Part shown: piece by piece, positions 63,246-64,000 of the stretch
Layout: each line of letters opens with the position of its first letter
Position numbering within the stretch: the stretch's first letter is position 1
Assembly (NCBI GenBank): GCA_049472315.1
Contig: JBLIRN010000004.1
Coordinates: 1-64,000 of the forward strand
Source: a bacterium
Lineage (GTDB): Bacteria; SZUA-182; DTGQ01; JAFGSM01
Direction of reading: 5' to 3'
DNA length: 64,000 nt
Notes under the pieces: generated by a model
Seen by the model: only the letters and a program-made list of their open reading frames with translations
Databases searched by the model: none
Told to the model about the DNA's origin: nothing
Translations under genes and position numbers: made by a program

Positions 63246-63352
63246 GATCCCCTCGTCCACTCCTTCCTACCCTGCGGCGATTGCCCTATCCTCTTCAACA
63301 CACCGCAGCGGAGGAAGGCCAGGCGTTCCCTCCTTCGGGTAAAGGCATTTAC

Positions 63353-63381
63353 ATGCTAAAAAAAGGAAGGGGGTAGGTCAA
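63353..63381 (-). promoter_or_regulatory. Candidate gatA promoter inside the hup terminator
   Basis: TTGACC (63381-63376), 17 bp, TAGCAT (63358-63353). Confidence 0.5.
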
Positions 63382-63416
63382 GAGATTGGATCGTCCGATC
63401 TATTGCTACCCCCTTT
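63358..63416 (-). terminator. Intrinsic terminator after hup
   Basis: GGGGTAG..AGAT/ATCT..CTACCCC imperfect long stem followed by TTCCTTTTTTT. Confidence 0.65.
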
Positions 63417-63427
63417 ATTGATCGATT

Positions 63428-63703
63428 TTACAGAATGTCCTTTAACCCTTTACCCGGTTTGAATTTTACAACCTTTCTGGCCGGTATCTTTAGCTCGGCG
63501 CCTGTCTGAGGGTTACGACCTACCCTGGATTTACGGCTGGCAACCGAGAACGTCCCAAAGCCGATAAGCGTAATATTTTCCCCCTTCTTCAGCGCGCCCT
63601 TTACGCCATCGACGAACGCATTCAGTGACTTTTCAGCCGCCACCTTACTAATACCAGCCTCTCCAGCCATTCTTTCCACCAAATCCGCCTTATTCAACCC
63701 CAT
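63428..63703 (-). CDS. hup: HU DNA-binding protein
   Basis: NKADL, LIGFGTF, GRNPQTG, FKPGKGLKD; SD AAAGGAGG. Confidence 0.97.
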   Translation of the reverse strand: MGLNKADLVERMAGEAGISKVAAEKSLNAFVDGVKGALKKGENITLIGFGTFSVASRKSRVGRNPQTGAELKIPARKVVKFKPGKGLKDIL

Positions 63704-64000
63704 CCCTCCTTTCTCATGTTACTGTATGGTTAAATAGACCTGCAAAACAACAATAACATCCGGTACACGTTATTAGATACTATAACCCTCAATCGTTGTC
63801 AAGTCTTTAATTTCCCCAAAATGGTTTCTCTGTCTATTTCTACAGGCAAGGCAGATCTATTTGTTTGATTTTTTTGAATAAATGTATTTACATCCAATAT
63901 CTGATAAACGAAAAAATGACCCCTTTCATTCCCCCCAATTCCAATTTCAAATCGCGAATTCTGGAGCATGGACAGACTTATCTACCTCCTATGGCGCAAG

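Overview
Core-chromosome segment of a moderately GC-rich, probably uncultured diderm bacterium. Gene content and order resemble Deltaproteobacteria/Nitrospina-like lineages, but this is not a firm taxonomic call. Left part, mostly minus strand: 5' half of a 16S rRNA gene with tandem promoters, tyrS, an orphan ecfT, an ApbE/UPF0280-like gene, a full dcw cluster (mraZ to ftsZ), rsmI, a ROK kinase and an aroDE-aroA-aroC operon. Middle (about 29.6-51.4 kb) is accessory-rich. It holds four exported proteins with almost charge-free aromatic/Pro/Ser/Thr low-complexity regions (one is a papain-fold C39-like peptidase), a degenerate hybrid kinase, a sigma54-driven 59-aa membrane peptide missed by the ORF track, acpS-uvrB, a Trk K+ uptake cluster, a PilZ-PilT fusion ATPase, a 3-copy ~77-bp tandem repeat with GCGAAGC mini-hairpins and a BshB1-like pseudoenzyme. 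Right part: pilB-pilT-pilC-pilS-pilR with no adjacent pilA, an M23 peptidase, gatA-gatB without gatC, and hup. Best candidates for novelty are the exported low-complexity protein family (possible self-assembling extracellular matrix with a tagged protease) and the PilZ-PilT retraction motor. All calls come from motif reading by eye; no searches were run.
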